Shown here: positions 14,185 through 27,342 of the stretch, one piece after another
Layout: each line of letters begins with the position of its first letter
Position numbering within the stretch: position 1 is the first letter of the stretch
Assembly: GCF_000497125.1 (NCBI RefSeq)
Contig: NC_090603.1
Coordinates: 620,001 to 684,000, forward strand
DNA from: Spironucleus salmonicida
Lineage: Eukaryota
Reading direction: 5' to 3'
Length of the DNA stretch: 64,000 nt
Program-made: the position numbers and the translations under genes
Notes under the pieces: generated by a model
Told to the model about the DNA's origin: nothing
Seen by the model: the letters and a program-made list of their open reading frames with translations, nothing else
Databases searched by the model: none

Positions 14185-17100
14185 ATGTGGCTTGAGGAAA
14201 TAATCCTTGATGGATTTAAGTCGTACGCATAGCAAACCAGAATCAGACCACTTGACCGCAGTTTTACTGCTATTACAGGACTTAATGGATCTGGAAAATC
14301 CAACATTCTAGACGCGATTTGCTTCGTTCTCGGAATCTCTTAATTATCACGAATTCGCGTCAACTCGCTCACAGATCTGATATATAAGCAGGGATAAGCC
14401 GGAATAACAAAAGCTTCAGTCTCCCTGATCTTCAACAACCAAAATGTGAAACTGTCCCCCTAGGGCTACGAATCGAGCGAATATCTTACAATTACCAGGC
14501 AAATCCTCCAAAATGGAACTACAAAGTACCTCCTGAACAACCAACTAGCGAAACAGAAATCGATCAAACAGCTCTTCATGTCGGTTTCCATGAACATTAA
14601 CAACCCGAATTTCCTGATCATGCAGGGCCGAATTCAAGCGATTCTGAACATGAAGCCGCCACAACTTCTTTCGCTCTTAGAAGAGACCGCTGGAACGTCA
14701 CTTTACGACCAAAATCGAAAGGAGGCGGTCAAAACGTTCGATTCGAAGCAGCAGCGCCTAAACCACATCAAGCAGATCATCGAGGAGGAGATTCAGCCCA
14801 GAATTAAAAAACTCGAAATGGAGCGGAAAATTTCGCTGGAACTATCTGGCGTCTAAAAAGCGATTTCGGTTCTGGAGGTCCTGAACGAGTTCGCGAGCGT
14901 CCAAAACAACATAAACTTGATCGCTGAGCACGAGCAAAAACAGGTCGAATTGCAGCAAAATGAAGCCATTTTGAGGTCGAATTTGCAGGAAATCGAAGCT
15001 CGCTTTATCGTCAAAAACGCAGAATTTCAAGAAAAAAACACTTTTGTAGAAAGCCCGGATAAGAACATTCTTACGATAGAAATCGACAAACTTGCTAGTC
15101 AAATCGCGATTTTGCTACAGCAGGAAACGTCTCAAAAAGACAAAATTGCGAGTCAAGAAAAGCTAATTCGGCGTAAGAACACCGAACTGATATAAGTCAC
15201 TGAAAGGAGCGAAAAGTACAAATCTGAGCTAAATACTCTGCTAAATGACGATAAAATGAGTCTCATGCAGGCCTGCAAAGCGCAACTGCAATAACTGCAG
15301 TATCAGAAAGACGCTCTGGAGTCCGAATTGGCCCTACTGCGCACAGGATCTGTCGACAGGCTCTACATGAGCCAATTTTACGAAATTTGCGGCGAAAAAG
15401 ACGTCATTTTGGCCCTTCAGGAGGCGATTTTTACGCAAAATTTCATCACTTTGAACGAGCTCCAAAATCGACTTTAGCAGCTCAAAATATGCTTAACTCA
15501 AGAAACTAAAGACACCAAATTTGAGTATGAAAACGTAAACTCCCGGGCAAACTTGATCCTGTCACATCAAGTTTAAGCACAACAAAATGACAATTAGCTC
15601 AAAATGAATTTGGAGCAATTGGAGCAGAAATTGGTCTCCCAAGCTACGATTTTGAGCAAATCGCTCGGGATTCAGCTGCCAGAAATGAGCGATTTGGGGT
15701 CAATTTAGGCGTTTTGCGATGCTGTGAAACGTGAGATTTAGCGGTAAAAGGAGCGGAAAATTGAAGAAAAGGATGTGATATAACGAGAAATCCAGTAGTT
15801 CAAAAAGAACTTTTAAACGCAGCAGAAGACGTTTTTGGACGCCTGTTTTGCCGCTGGGAACCGCGGAGGGCCGCAGATTTACAACATGGCCGGAAACATC
15901 GAAATGAAGGAGGAAATCGGCCTTCTGGGCACCGTTTTGGAGCTCTGCGACATCGACGTCAAGAAAGCCAGCGAATTGGGGTATTCCGAGAGCCAGCTGC
16001 TGAAAGCGCTCGAAATTTCGTCTGGCGGCAAGTTCTTCAATTTAGTGTTTTCGAGCGCGAAGTAGGCCGCGCAGTTCGTCTCATCGCCGCAGTGCACGCA
16101 GCGCGTGACGTGCCTGCCCTTGGACAACATTCAGGGCAGATACCCGACGCAGCAGCAGCTCCAGGTCCTCCATTCGAACAAGGGCGCGCTCGTTTCCGAC
16201 TTCATTCGGCCCAAAAAAGCCGCTTTCAAGTCCATTTTCGATTTCCTTTTCTCGTCGACAGCGATTCTGGGCACGCTGGAAAGCGCCAAAAACGCGGCCT
16301 ACAACAAGGCCTGCGGCTTGCGCTGCGTGACGATCGACGGGGACGTGGTGGACCCGCACGGAATCGTGACCGGCGGCAGCCGCCAGCACTCGAAAACGAC
16401 GTATTTGGCCGAATTCGTCGCCCTGACGCGCCTTTAGCGCCCGGCAGCGCGCCCGGAGTCCTCTGACGACGCCCAATTAGACAAAACCGAAGCGTTTTTC
16501 TAGGGATTTTAGCAAACTTTCGGCGGCTACAAAACGGACAGAAACGGCCTCCGGGACGGCCTGCAGGAGCCGCAGATTTTGCTTGAGCTGAAGGGGCTGA
16601 AACAGACACTGGCTGCGCTTTCGGAGACGGCGCAGGCGCAGAATCTGAAGCTTCTGGCGGTCGACCAAATCTTGCAAATTCTGCACCAGAAAACGTCGAA
16701 TTAAGCCGTTTAGCGCGACCAAAAAGTGATCGAAAACGAGCTGAAAACTGTGAATTTTGGAGTGGAAAAGTGCAAAAAAGAAGTGGAAAATTTGGAAAAG
16801 GGCTCCGGAATGGCTGAAATCAACCGAATAAAGCTGCAAATCGAGTCGCTGAGCCAAGATTATGAGGGTATTGAGAAACTGATATAACAGTATCAGGAGA
16901 CGCTCGAATTGCTCAATTAGGAGCTTTTGGAGCACGGTCAGAAACTTGAAAAACAGCGCTTTTTGCATCAAAAAACTACCGGGTAATTTGAAAATTTACT
17001 TGCATAAGAACATCAGAATGGAGCGGAAATTCAAATTGTTAAGCAGGATTTGCTTAAACTTGAAGACGAAATTTAACAGAAAAAACAAAAATTTTCGGCT

Positions 17101-18000
17101 TCGATTTAAATGTTAAAAGAATTACAATAAACACTTATTTCTACAGAAAAATCACTCGTAGAAAATATCAAAAATATAGCGGAATTTACATCAATATATG
17201 CAGAAATTTTTGGCTAAAATTTGACGAATTTTCACAAATTTCAAAACAAAACCCAAATTCCACTCCATATTTTCGCGCAACGGCTAGTCGGTGGAAACTT
17301 GATCGACGACGTTTCGCTCGCCCAGCAGTACATTTAAACCCAAATTTCGACCAAAAACGTAAATTTTCTGCTCCAAGCGAATCTCGAAAAACTGGCAAAT
17401 CTGCACGACCAGCAAACCGGATTTTCAGGCACCACCGCCAACTTAGAATCACTTTAAACGCAGGCCAAAAACTTGATCCAAATGCAGCAGAAACTATCTC
17501 AGGACCGCGAAAAAATACTTTCCGTAATCGAAAAAGTGGACCTCAAAAAATCTCAGGCTTTAAATTCGGTTTTCCATTCCGTCGATATATCACTTAGAAA
17601 TATTTTTGGAATTTTACTTCCTGGAGCGGACGCGGGAATAGAACCCACGGCCGATGGAATTCAATTTTCGGTCAAATTGGGAGCGACGAAAACGACACTT
17701 TCTGGGTTATCCGGCGGCCAGAAGTCGCTTTTGGCGCTCAGTTTCACGCTGGCACTCTTGCGGTACAAGCCCTCTCCGATTTATATTTTAGACGAAATTG
17801 ACGCTGCGCTCGATTTGTCTCATACTCACAACATCGGAAAGTTGATATAACAGGAGTTTAGCGGAAGCTAGTTTGTTGTGGTAAGTTTGAAGGAAGGGAT
17901 GTTTAATCATGCGAATTCTGTTATCAGGACGCGATTTTAGGACGGGATGAGTAAAATTGAGATTTCTGGTGTAAATGGGAACGGAAGTGGAAGGGAGTGA
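14185..18000 (+). CDS. SMC2: condensin subunit SMC2 (1271 aa)
   Basis: [59 protein letters not shown], hinge [60 protein letters not shown]. Confidence 0.97.
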
Positions 18001-18153
18001 TAATGTCAATATAAATGTATAATAATAAGAATTAGTAGTATTTGTGGTTTAATAATTTTTTGATTATTCTAAATAATCGGATGGTGGATGTAAAATATTT
18101 GGAAATGGGAATAATATATATAGAATATAATAATCATGAATGAAAAAATGAAA

Positions 18154-19554
18154 TCATCTTATGCGTTTTTTATGGGGGTTAATTCTTATGTCCTACCCGC
18201 CAAGGTTTACAGAGCCAGTCTGTAACGCTTATTGTGCAGAAGAGGAAGAAATATAGTAAATAATTGCAGAAGGGTTCTATCCCATTGATTCTCTAGAATT
18301 AATTAGAGTTACCTAATTGACTTTTCCGAATTATGATAATGTTGCATTAATAGCATCTTAGGTGATTCCAAAAGGTAAACCTGTTATATAAATACTATTA
18401 TCTTATATTACTTATTAAGAGTCTTATCTGTTGTTGTTATATTATTGTTGTTAATTTTACATATTATATTAATTTTATTGTTAATATTATGGTTATTATT
18501 AAATAAGTTAAGGCTGATACATAGGCATCTATTATTACTACATGTGCTAAGGATTTCCACCTGACTAATACTTAACATCATTTTTAGGAACAAACCTAAC
18601 ACAGAGATATTAAAGAATTTCTCTTTATAAATTCTGATTAGGCTTTTGTCCTGCTTTCTATCTTCTATCTACTTCTTCATTCGTAACATAAACAGCACAA
18701 CTCATATCATCTAGCATATGCATTTTATCTGTTGCAAATTTTGTGAAATCAATGGGGGTGAGTAAGTCGAAAGCTCTGACACTTTCATCAATACTTAGAA
18801 AATGTAAATATACAGATGAGCCAAATCTAGCATTCGCAAATTATACATAAGAATAGATATCAGAACAGTTTTTAGATGTATAAAATTCTAATATAATTTT
18901 CTAAAATTATTCTTCATTTACATTAGGTGGGATTCTTCTAAGGATTATTGTGAGCTATTTATGGAAACCAGCTAAATCTAGCTTTTCTCCGCCCATGAAA
19001 AATATTCTTTTCTAAAAAGCTGCAACAGCCCCTTCTCTTGTCTTAAAATTCACAAATCCAAATCCTGTTTTACCTTACTATGGTTAAATATGTGTATCAG
19101 ATATTTCTCCGCATGATTCAAAAACAGACTTCAATTACTACTAGGTAGCATTCTAAGGAACATTACCTACATATAGTTAATATAGTTTATCCTTATCTAA
19201 AATAACAGAAGTAATATCTATTTCAGCTGATTGCTCAGGTGAAATAAAATGTCTCTATTATGGTTATTGAGGTTATTGCTAAACCTAGCCACCTTAAAAT
19301 GGGGAAAATGTTTACTAAACTGGATACTGAGGCATATATGGTGCTTAGTACTAAGGATACTATTAAGGAGGATATGGTTAAGCCATGTAGGGTTAAGGAG
19401 GAAATTATTAATATGGCAGCGGCTAATATTATTATTAAGGATTAAATACAGGTTATATATATTATTAATTTACCTACTGTTTTGATTTATTCTTCTGAGC
19501 GTTTTTATTCTCCAGCTCTTTCATGATTTCATCTAAAGTTTCCATTCCGCTCAT
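18154..19554 (-). CDS. multi-RRM RNA-binding protein with Q/P/Y-rich N-terminus (466 aa)
   Basis: Low-complexity PQQQYQPLPYQQFPPQPYMAQPYPPQQYPQYQ then QLYVGNVP...GFGFVNFK; paralog of 7200..8180. Confidence 0.88.
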
Positions 19555-19664
19555 GTATAATAAGGAATGGACAATGAACCGGAAAATATTAAATTATATA
19601 TAATATTAATTATATCTGGGATAAATAAACATTAAAAATTATATCTACATATTAATTATTAAAA

Positions 19665-20144
19665 ATGAGAATTCGTACTATTTCACCAACTGCATAAATG
19701 CCTACTTTGGTTTAGTAACTTAATCCTTTTAAATAGTTTCAGTATTAGTAATAAAAATCAAAAAGAAATATTGAAACCTAGTCTTAGTCAATTAGGCTTC
19801 CGCGTTAGCTACCTTCATCCGCTTTAATATATTAAACAAAAGATATACGCCCTTAGTCTTCAAGCTTAATACTAAAAAATGAATTAAATTTAATTAAAGA
19901 TATTGAATAATAGAATATTTACAAGCGCAATGTTTTGAAAATTTAATAAAAGAAAAAAGAAAAATCAGTGCAAAATTATGAGAATTTAAAATAAGATTAG
20001 TGGGATCTATAATTTGTTAGCTTAAAACTCGATTTACAGTAAAAATATGAAGGTCCTCTAAATTAAAAACTAAAGCGTTATGTAGAAATTAATTAAAAAT
20101 AACTAAAATATATTGAGTATTATAATAAGTGGACACCTATTTGA
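19665..20144 (+). CDS. hypothetical Q/K-rich protein (~159 aa)
   Basis: aaaaATG 19665 (MRIRTISPTAQMPTLVQQ...) to TGA 20142-20144; no motif recognised. Confidence 0.5.
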
Positions 20145-21974
20145 TTATTCATTTATAAATTTTGTGAGTTCTTTTTTCTAAAATAGTATTTATTACTATC
20201 ATAAAAACAAGAAATACAAAACTTTAGAAATATGTTTACATGAATTCCTTAGAAAATTTGCTAAAATAATCATGTTATGAAATATAATTTATTTATAATT
20301 ATATAACGGAAGATTAGAACATTTATACAATACTTAATAAAATCTCTGAAAAAACCATAAAATCTCTGACAAATAAACAGTTATCCGTTTAGTAAAACAA
20401 CCATAAGAAAGAACTACAAACTCCGTAAATAATACCTCTTATAAAAACACGAATTCCTAATTGTATTTATTATGTAATAGATATGAGCCTTATTATAATT
20501 ACAAGTATTATTAATTTACAATGGTATCTTCTACTTACATGTTTAAATATATAATAAGATATAATTGATGATAAAATATATCCCAAATAATACTTTTTGA
20601 CCATGAACTAAGACTGACTATGCTAATAAACTAGATTATACAAAAATTCATAATTACTTCCATACGTAGTAAGTTAAAATAAAGAAAAGAACAATGACAA
20701 ACTTACCGTTTTATATAAATTTTTACCAAGTAGTGTATTAAATAACTGTATATTATAACGGCTAACATAGTGACTACTTTATATTTATTAGTTGTATAAT
20801 ATTACTATTGTAATACAAACAAGAAATTATTAAGTAATTTAGAGTTTAAATTAAAAGTAATCGAAAAAATATCCCATACTCTCTTAAACAAGAATTACAA
20901 TTAAACAACAAAGAAGACTCATTATCTATCCTATTACAATGCAATTCGAAAAATATTGAATTTAGTTTAATTATAGCAATATATTTAGACCTATAGCAAT
21001 ATCTAAAGACTAAATTAGAGAAAAAACTAAAACTAAAACTTAAATTTTATCATAATCATATGAATGATTATCAATGTACATCATCACAATAGATGGTAAA
21101 AGTGTTAATAATGTAAGATATTTAATTAAAAACCTAAATTTATAACCTATAACAAAAAATAACAAGAAGGATGTTAAGTTTACTGTATCTCGAATCAAAT
21201 AAAGTCTTAACAAGGAATGACATGTAATTTAACTTTGGAAATATCGTGAAATAGTCTATTCTAATTAGAACTTTAAAGTTTGGTATTAGAACATAATCAG
21301 AGCATAAATAAATATTGAGTTAAGTTGGGCTCGCTTCATTTAGACCTAATATCCTTATTTAAAAGATATTATATATAATATCATTAATAGTAAATTTAGT
21401 AATATAAATATTTTATTCATCAATAATGCATATTAAAATAAAACAGTTATTAATTAAGTAATTCGCATCTTAATTTGATATTATCTTTATAAGAATTAAA
21501 CAATTATAATACGATTTTAATGATATTATTTTTCACTTACTTCATTTCAACCAGAATACTTCTAAATAAATCCAAGTGACTATATACACTTCCAGCACAT
21601 ATTTAATTACATACTAATAAATCATCGTCATCTAACACCAATTAGCCTATAATATCTTACTTTCAGCTCTAAACTCCGAAATCGATGCGTATTAACCCAC
21701 AAAATTATCTCTTAACAATTATTTCTATATTATAAGCAGCTGTTCGTACCTTTTCTTATATCAAAATCAATAATTATACATTACTAAAGATTTTAAAACT
21801 ACATTTTATGTTAAGAGTTTTTCTAAATCTAAAAGTTCCTAATAATTTCCCTCTAATCAATTATGATGCTGAAAATTATCCTCCAATACTTACTACAAAT
21901 TCCTTATATCAAGATTTCCATCACTCAATTTGAAATCGGTTTTCCACTCCATAAATTTAATATTTTCCACTCCA

Positions 21975-22598
21975 TCAAACCCCAAAAACGCCCAATTTTC
22001 CGTTTTCGACAATCTACTTCCCCCCGTCGACCTCGCGAATTTCGAACTCGAAAACTGTATTTTGCTCGCTTTTGCTGCCTTTGGTGATTGCACCGTTTTG
22101 ATCCAAGAAGTATAGAACATAGCAGATGTGGCATTGACACAAAACAAACTCCTTTCCCCCTTTTATGACCTTGCCGTCGCTGACATTTTTCAGCTCGAAA
22201 ATTGGCACAACTCGTTGCATTTCGCAGGTCTCCTTAAGTTTTTTCTGTACCTTTTGCGACGTCTGGGAGTCGACTTTTTGGAACGAAAAAACAGAATTCA
22301 AATGGCTTTCGGCCAATAATTTTGAGAGTTTCGCGAATTTTTTGTACGAAAAATTTGAGAGCGACGTGAGCGATAGAGGAGAGATTGGTGGAAGTGGTGA
22401 CGGCTGCAAAAAGTGTGAGTATTGCTTGTAATCGTATAATAATTGAATTTTGGTTGAATACAGTTATTACAAGTTAACTTAATTTTTGCTCTATTTCACT
22501 GTGATGAATTAATACAGCTTTGACTAATGGTTGAGGCTGCCTAGTAATTCGGTTATGAATGATTTTGCTACGTTTTAAAACGGTGTTGGAAGAGTCAT
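21975..22598 (-). CDS. hypothetical protein (207 aa)
   Basis: aaaATG 22598 in frame with track ORF 22014..22409; reads through TAG to TGA 21977-21975; competing + strand frames exist. Confidence 0.5.
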
Positions 22599-22724
22599 TT
22601 TGTATAGAAAAATTAGATATATTAATATATAATATGGTGTATGAGTATAAAATTATTTAAATATTTATATGATATAATATCTTTAATTTATTTGCGCCAG
22701 AAATCTCTTTTTCTTTTTTTATAA

Positions 22725-23324
22725 ATGTACATGTCCAGCCCAACTCCCGGAGAATTCATGACCTCATCCTAAAGTGCCGCTATGGTTCCATAACTGAATT
22801 GTGCATAAGGCCCTTAGTTAGTCAAGATTTCTGATTATCCTACCCCAACTTATAAAACTATTTAACCTATTTTCTTGTAATAGGGTAGAACTGAAACCGT
22901 TACAGTGACCTTCCTTTCCCATAATGCTAATAATTGTATGGTTGATGTATCTGGTGATTTTATGATTGCAGCTACCACTTCTCTGAAGTTCATGCAGAGA
23001 TTAGATTATGAAGCATATGGAGTAGATGTATTAATCACTGGTTTACATGCTGGATAGGCAAAAGCAACTATCACTATTGGTGGTTGCTTGCCTCCTATCA
23101 CTGTTTTTGTAGAAGTAATTGTCACCTCGCCTCCTTATGTCCCTACTCCTCAACCTCCTGCTCCTTAGGTTTTACCTGTATCAACTTCAGTAAGAGGTTC
23201 GATGGTCGGAAGCCAGTGCTACACCAGCCCTTCTGTTTTACCTGTTAGTACTTCTGTTAGAAATAGCATGACTGGTAGCGGTATGGCAGGTAGCGGTATG
23301 TATATGTCAGGTGGTCGTTGGTGA
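22725..23324 (+). CDS. hypothetical protein (199 aa): beta-rich core, Pro-rich linker, duplicated VLPVSTSVRxSMxGS motif
   Basis: ATG 22725 to TGA 23322-23324 with protein-like composition; pyrimidine-rich tract upstream. Confidence 0.75.
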
Positions 23325-23897
23325 GAGTATTCTATTATATTATGCATGTAGAATATGTTTCTAAGAGCTTGAATAAGGTAATACAATATCATTTTAGTTT
23401 AATTATTTCTTATAATATCATTTTTATTTATCTTAACATCAAATATCTCCGCCATCGTTGGCTTTCTTTATAATTAGTTTTATAATAAACATAATTTCTA
23501 TTCCACATCAGATTTTATATAAAATGGTATTTCAAGTAACACTTTCATAGTTTTATATATTGTATTTATTAATATTAGATAAATTCTAATCATTTAAGTT
23601 ACCTCTGCTAAAATGAATCTACAAATATTCCATATATTTAGAAGTTTATCTGATTTTGCGCATTTACCAGATTATAAAATTGGTTATATTTACTAAAAAA
23701 TTATAACCTAGATCATTTATTCAATTCACTTTTTAATAAACTTACACTTAGTTGGCAGCTATTAATAAAATACAACACTTTTATATATTTACTAGTCTAT
23801 TTACTAACTAATACATATTCAAAATATTATATAGTGAAACACTTTGCTCATGTAATCTGTATTATAATTATATAGTCACATCTGTAAACATTTAAAA

Positions 23898-24242
23898 ATG
23901 AACGGAACTCTCTTTACTCCAGACCAGCGCTAGGTACCGGTAACGGTCACACTAGGAGATAAGGTCATGTTTGTAAGTACGGATAAATTTAAAACTGCTG
24001 TAGATCTGGCAGGAGAATCAGTCCATATCCTCCGCAGCGATTGCATTTCCACTCTAGTCGATACTATTGCTGGAATTCGAATAGAAGTAGACACGAGGGA
24101 AATTCCAATTTGCACTATAGATGAAACTTTGTACGGTTATTAAATGATGGAGTTTTAGTACACGCCCTAAGGTCTGTCCTTATACAATGAAGAACAGACT
24201 TTACCATGTTTTACCAAAAAATAATACTGTATAAGTAAGTGA
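23898..24242 (+). CDS. hypothetical protein (114 aa)
   Basis: aaaaATG 23898 (MNGTLFTPDQRQVPVTVTLGDKVMFV...), ends in AGTGA. Confidence 0.7.
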
Positions 24243-24454
24243 ATTTGTAACATGACGGATAATGAGTGATTTATTAACTTTTGAGATAAAAATTTAACTA
24301 TAAAATCGTACCTACCTTATTTATTCAATTAGATATGTTAAAAATAGTGACGAATATTTATATTATATATTTAAATTCAAATAAAATGATTATTTATCAT
24401 TATATTAAAAATATTTTCACTATAAATATCCTTCATTCACGCTAAACATGAATA

Positions 24455-25783
24455 TCACTCCTCGTTATCTGGCAAAACACTCTCTGTTAAATCAATTGTT
24501 GTCTTGTCTCTAGTTTCAGGCTTGTTAAACTTAAAAGATAACTACTTCTTCATACCCTTAGTAGGCTGAAAATTTTCTTGGCTCTTGTTAAAAATTTTAG
24601 AGGCATTGACAAACTAAAATCTATCCTTCGTGCTGATATCCTCCTCTTTACCGTAATTTTCGATCTTATAGTAAATATTCCTTTTCTATTTCCAAAACAG
24701 GAAAATAATAGTAATTGCTGCAATAATCAGAATAAGAAGACAGATAAAGAACCCAATAATCATCGCTTATATATCTTTACTGCCCAGCTTATTGATATCC
24801 GCGCACTCACCATTCACATTGCTATATCCGTTCTCACATACAGCGCACTTATTAATTTCCCCATCATCGCAATACTTACAGTTCGGTACAAAGCCGCACG
24901 CCCCACATTTACCGGAAATTGTTAAAAGTTGTTGCGGCTAATCGCACCTGTCACAGTAGCCTTTTCGAATGGAATACCCATTTTCGCAGGTGCCGCAGAA
25001 ATCTACAGCGGAGCAGGTCACGCAGTTCGAGACGTCGCAGGTGAAGAAGTTCTCGCAGTTCACGCCCGAGTAGCCGCGGATGCACTGGCAGACCGTGCCG
25101 GTGGGGGCCCGTGTGATGGACCCCTTCAGGTTGCAGGGACCGAACTCGGTGCCGGTGATGGGCTGGCACTCGTCGATGTTGAGCTACTTGAAGCCCAGGG
25201 CGCAGGTCGTGTCGCACTTGTAGCCCTTGCGGGGCACCGGGCAGGCCGTGCAGCGGAAGTTGAGGGCGAGGTCGACGCCGCACTCCTTGCAGTTCGTCTC
25301 GGAGCAGGGCACGCACTTCTTCTTGTACTAGAAATACCCGTCGTGGCAGATCTCGCAGGTAGTCTGGTCGCCCTTCCGGCACTCCCTGCAGTTGTAGACC
25401 GTGCAGGCTGGAAGCGCTGCGCAGTTGAAGTCGACGTTCAGCTCGACGCAGGGGCACGCGAAGTCCCACTTGCTGTTGAACTTGCAGGCACCGATGCCGT
25501 TGCAGGGGGACGCTTCGGAGCAGCTGGTGGCCTGGCAGGCGATGACGTTGAACTGCTTCTGTCCGTGTGGGCATGCCGTGTCGCACTTCCAGCCGGTGAA
25601 GGGTGTAAGGCAGAACTGACAGCTCTGCTCTGTGCCTATGAGAAAGCACCCGGCACACTTTGGGTTGTCGGTGCAGAACCTGCAGATCCGGTCGTCATCT
25701 AGAGTATAGCCGGCATTACAAACTTCGCAGACGTCCTTGTCAGTCGGACAGGCCAGACAGCTGGGATCGTTGCAGTTGTTCAT
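24455..25783 (-). CDS. cysteine-rich membrane protein (CRMP/VSP-like), copy 1 (442 aa)
   Basis: Many CxxC motifs, EGF-like CQCIRGYSGVNCE, single TM AMIIGFFICLLILIIAAITIIFLFW, then KQKR and a long cytoplasmic tail; gAGTGA stop. Confidence 0.92.
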
Positions 25784-26419
25784 TTGTAGTATTAATAACT
25801 TGACCACGATATTATATAATAACTCAACATACTAAATAATCTATCTGTTTTTACTGATTAAATATCTTTATATAGCAATTAAACCTTATTTTTCAAAATG
25901 TATTGTTATTCTAATTTCGATGAATTTAATTTAATCCAGTAGTGTATCATAACATAATTTGGAGTTATATTTATAATAATCCATATAAACTTATCCACAC
26001 TCCAAAAATGCTTACCATAAAATATATAATAATTAGGTTATCGCCAGTAAACTTTTTTGCTATAATTGCAGAATTAATACAAAGTTCGTTTATATTTATT
26101 ATTTTAACAATAAAATAACTTATTATATTGTCACTTTACTTTATTTAAATAATATATTTTTAAATATTATCATTCATCTTTAAAATTCACACTTTCACTT
26201 ATCTATAAGCTATAACACTGAACTAAAAAAATAGTAATTGTGTATTCATCAGTTTGAAATAATATCCACGTATTAAGAAAATATCTGTCTAGGAATACTA
26301 TTACCACTTTCACTTTGTGTAATATTATAGTTTAAAATCCCTTATCTATCGTATAATATATAATAATGCATTTATTATTTATTAAATCGCCTTTTATTTT
26401 TTATAAAATATATAATCAG

Positions 26420-27342
26420 TCATTTATTTACGCTCTTAATGAAGTAGTAAGTTAGCTCACTACCAATAGCACCAACTATTACTAAAGCAGCTATCATTAT
26501 TCCTATAACCATTCATCCTGAAATATTAGCAGTATCTTTATTGAACGCAAGTTAGAAATAAACTACATTGGTTAACTCGTATCTATATCCTTAATTCGTA
26601 CTATCACCATTCTAGTTATACAGTTACTCAACTAAATACTTAAAGTAATATGTATTAGTGAATTTGTAATTCCTAAAATGCTTCTTCTCCTTACATTTAC
26701 ATTCAGTTATATAGTTTAAATGTAGGTCGGGCAAGTACCACGAGGTCATAATTTCTAATATCTATTTTCTTTATATTTGGTTGTGGATTTTCTATTTCCT
26801 GTTGTCATTGGTTACACCCTTATTCTTAAACTACTAAATCAAAGCCTGAAGATAGAAACAGAACAACCTGTTAATCAATATTTAGTATTATGTTCACAGT
26901 AGTAATCACTGGAAGAAATGCAACTTTTATGGGTTGACCAAAATATCAGACATGTATTCGTAGTCAGCTCTATAAAATCCTTATCTGTAGGATGTACACT
27001 TTGTTACGAATTTGGAACAAGTGACACGACTGGCTTTATACATTTTACAAGTTTAATCGTTGTCTAAAAAATAGTTATCGATGAAAGCAGGTTATTTACA
27101 TGCGTCAGATTTTTAGTAGTCAAATTTTCTACATAATTTCAGTCATAGCTTGTTATGATTGAGTTATCAGAAAATAGTATATACTAGAATATTTCTACCT
27201 CGTTTGTGGGATAGTATGTGTAAAATACACATGGATTATCAGTATAAGTACATTCTCCACTTGCTGTCGTTTTAGTCCTTGTATAATTATGTAATCGAAT
27301 TAATATCAGTATAATGGTATATATTTTGAAATATTGATTCAT
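26420..27342 (-). pseudogene. decayed single-pass membrane protein gene
   Basis: Signal-like start MNQYFKIYTIILILIRL and C-terminal TM (ISG*MVIGIMIAALVIVGAIGSELTYYFIK) lie in different frames; in-frame TGAs at 27139-41, 26875-77 and 26513-15. Confidence 0.5.

Noticed and set aside
16081-16971. Cluster of overlapping ORFs within SMC2
   Set aside because: A GC-rich patch lacking stops; SMC2 frame 1 is continuous under code 6.
20300-21950. Long TGA-free frames in AT-rich DNA (likewise within 40400-41700, 43300-44700, 45100-46400, 49700-50900)
   Set aside because: With a single stop codon, long open frames are expected by chance; no motif or clear start/AGTGA support.
24929-25702. Long Ala/Gly-rich ORFs antisense or off-frame to the CRMPs (also 37529..38389, 60128..60988)
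   Set aside because: By-products of GC-rich codon usage; the CxxC frame has the TM, tail and proper start/stop.
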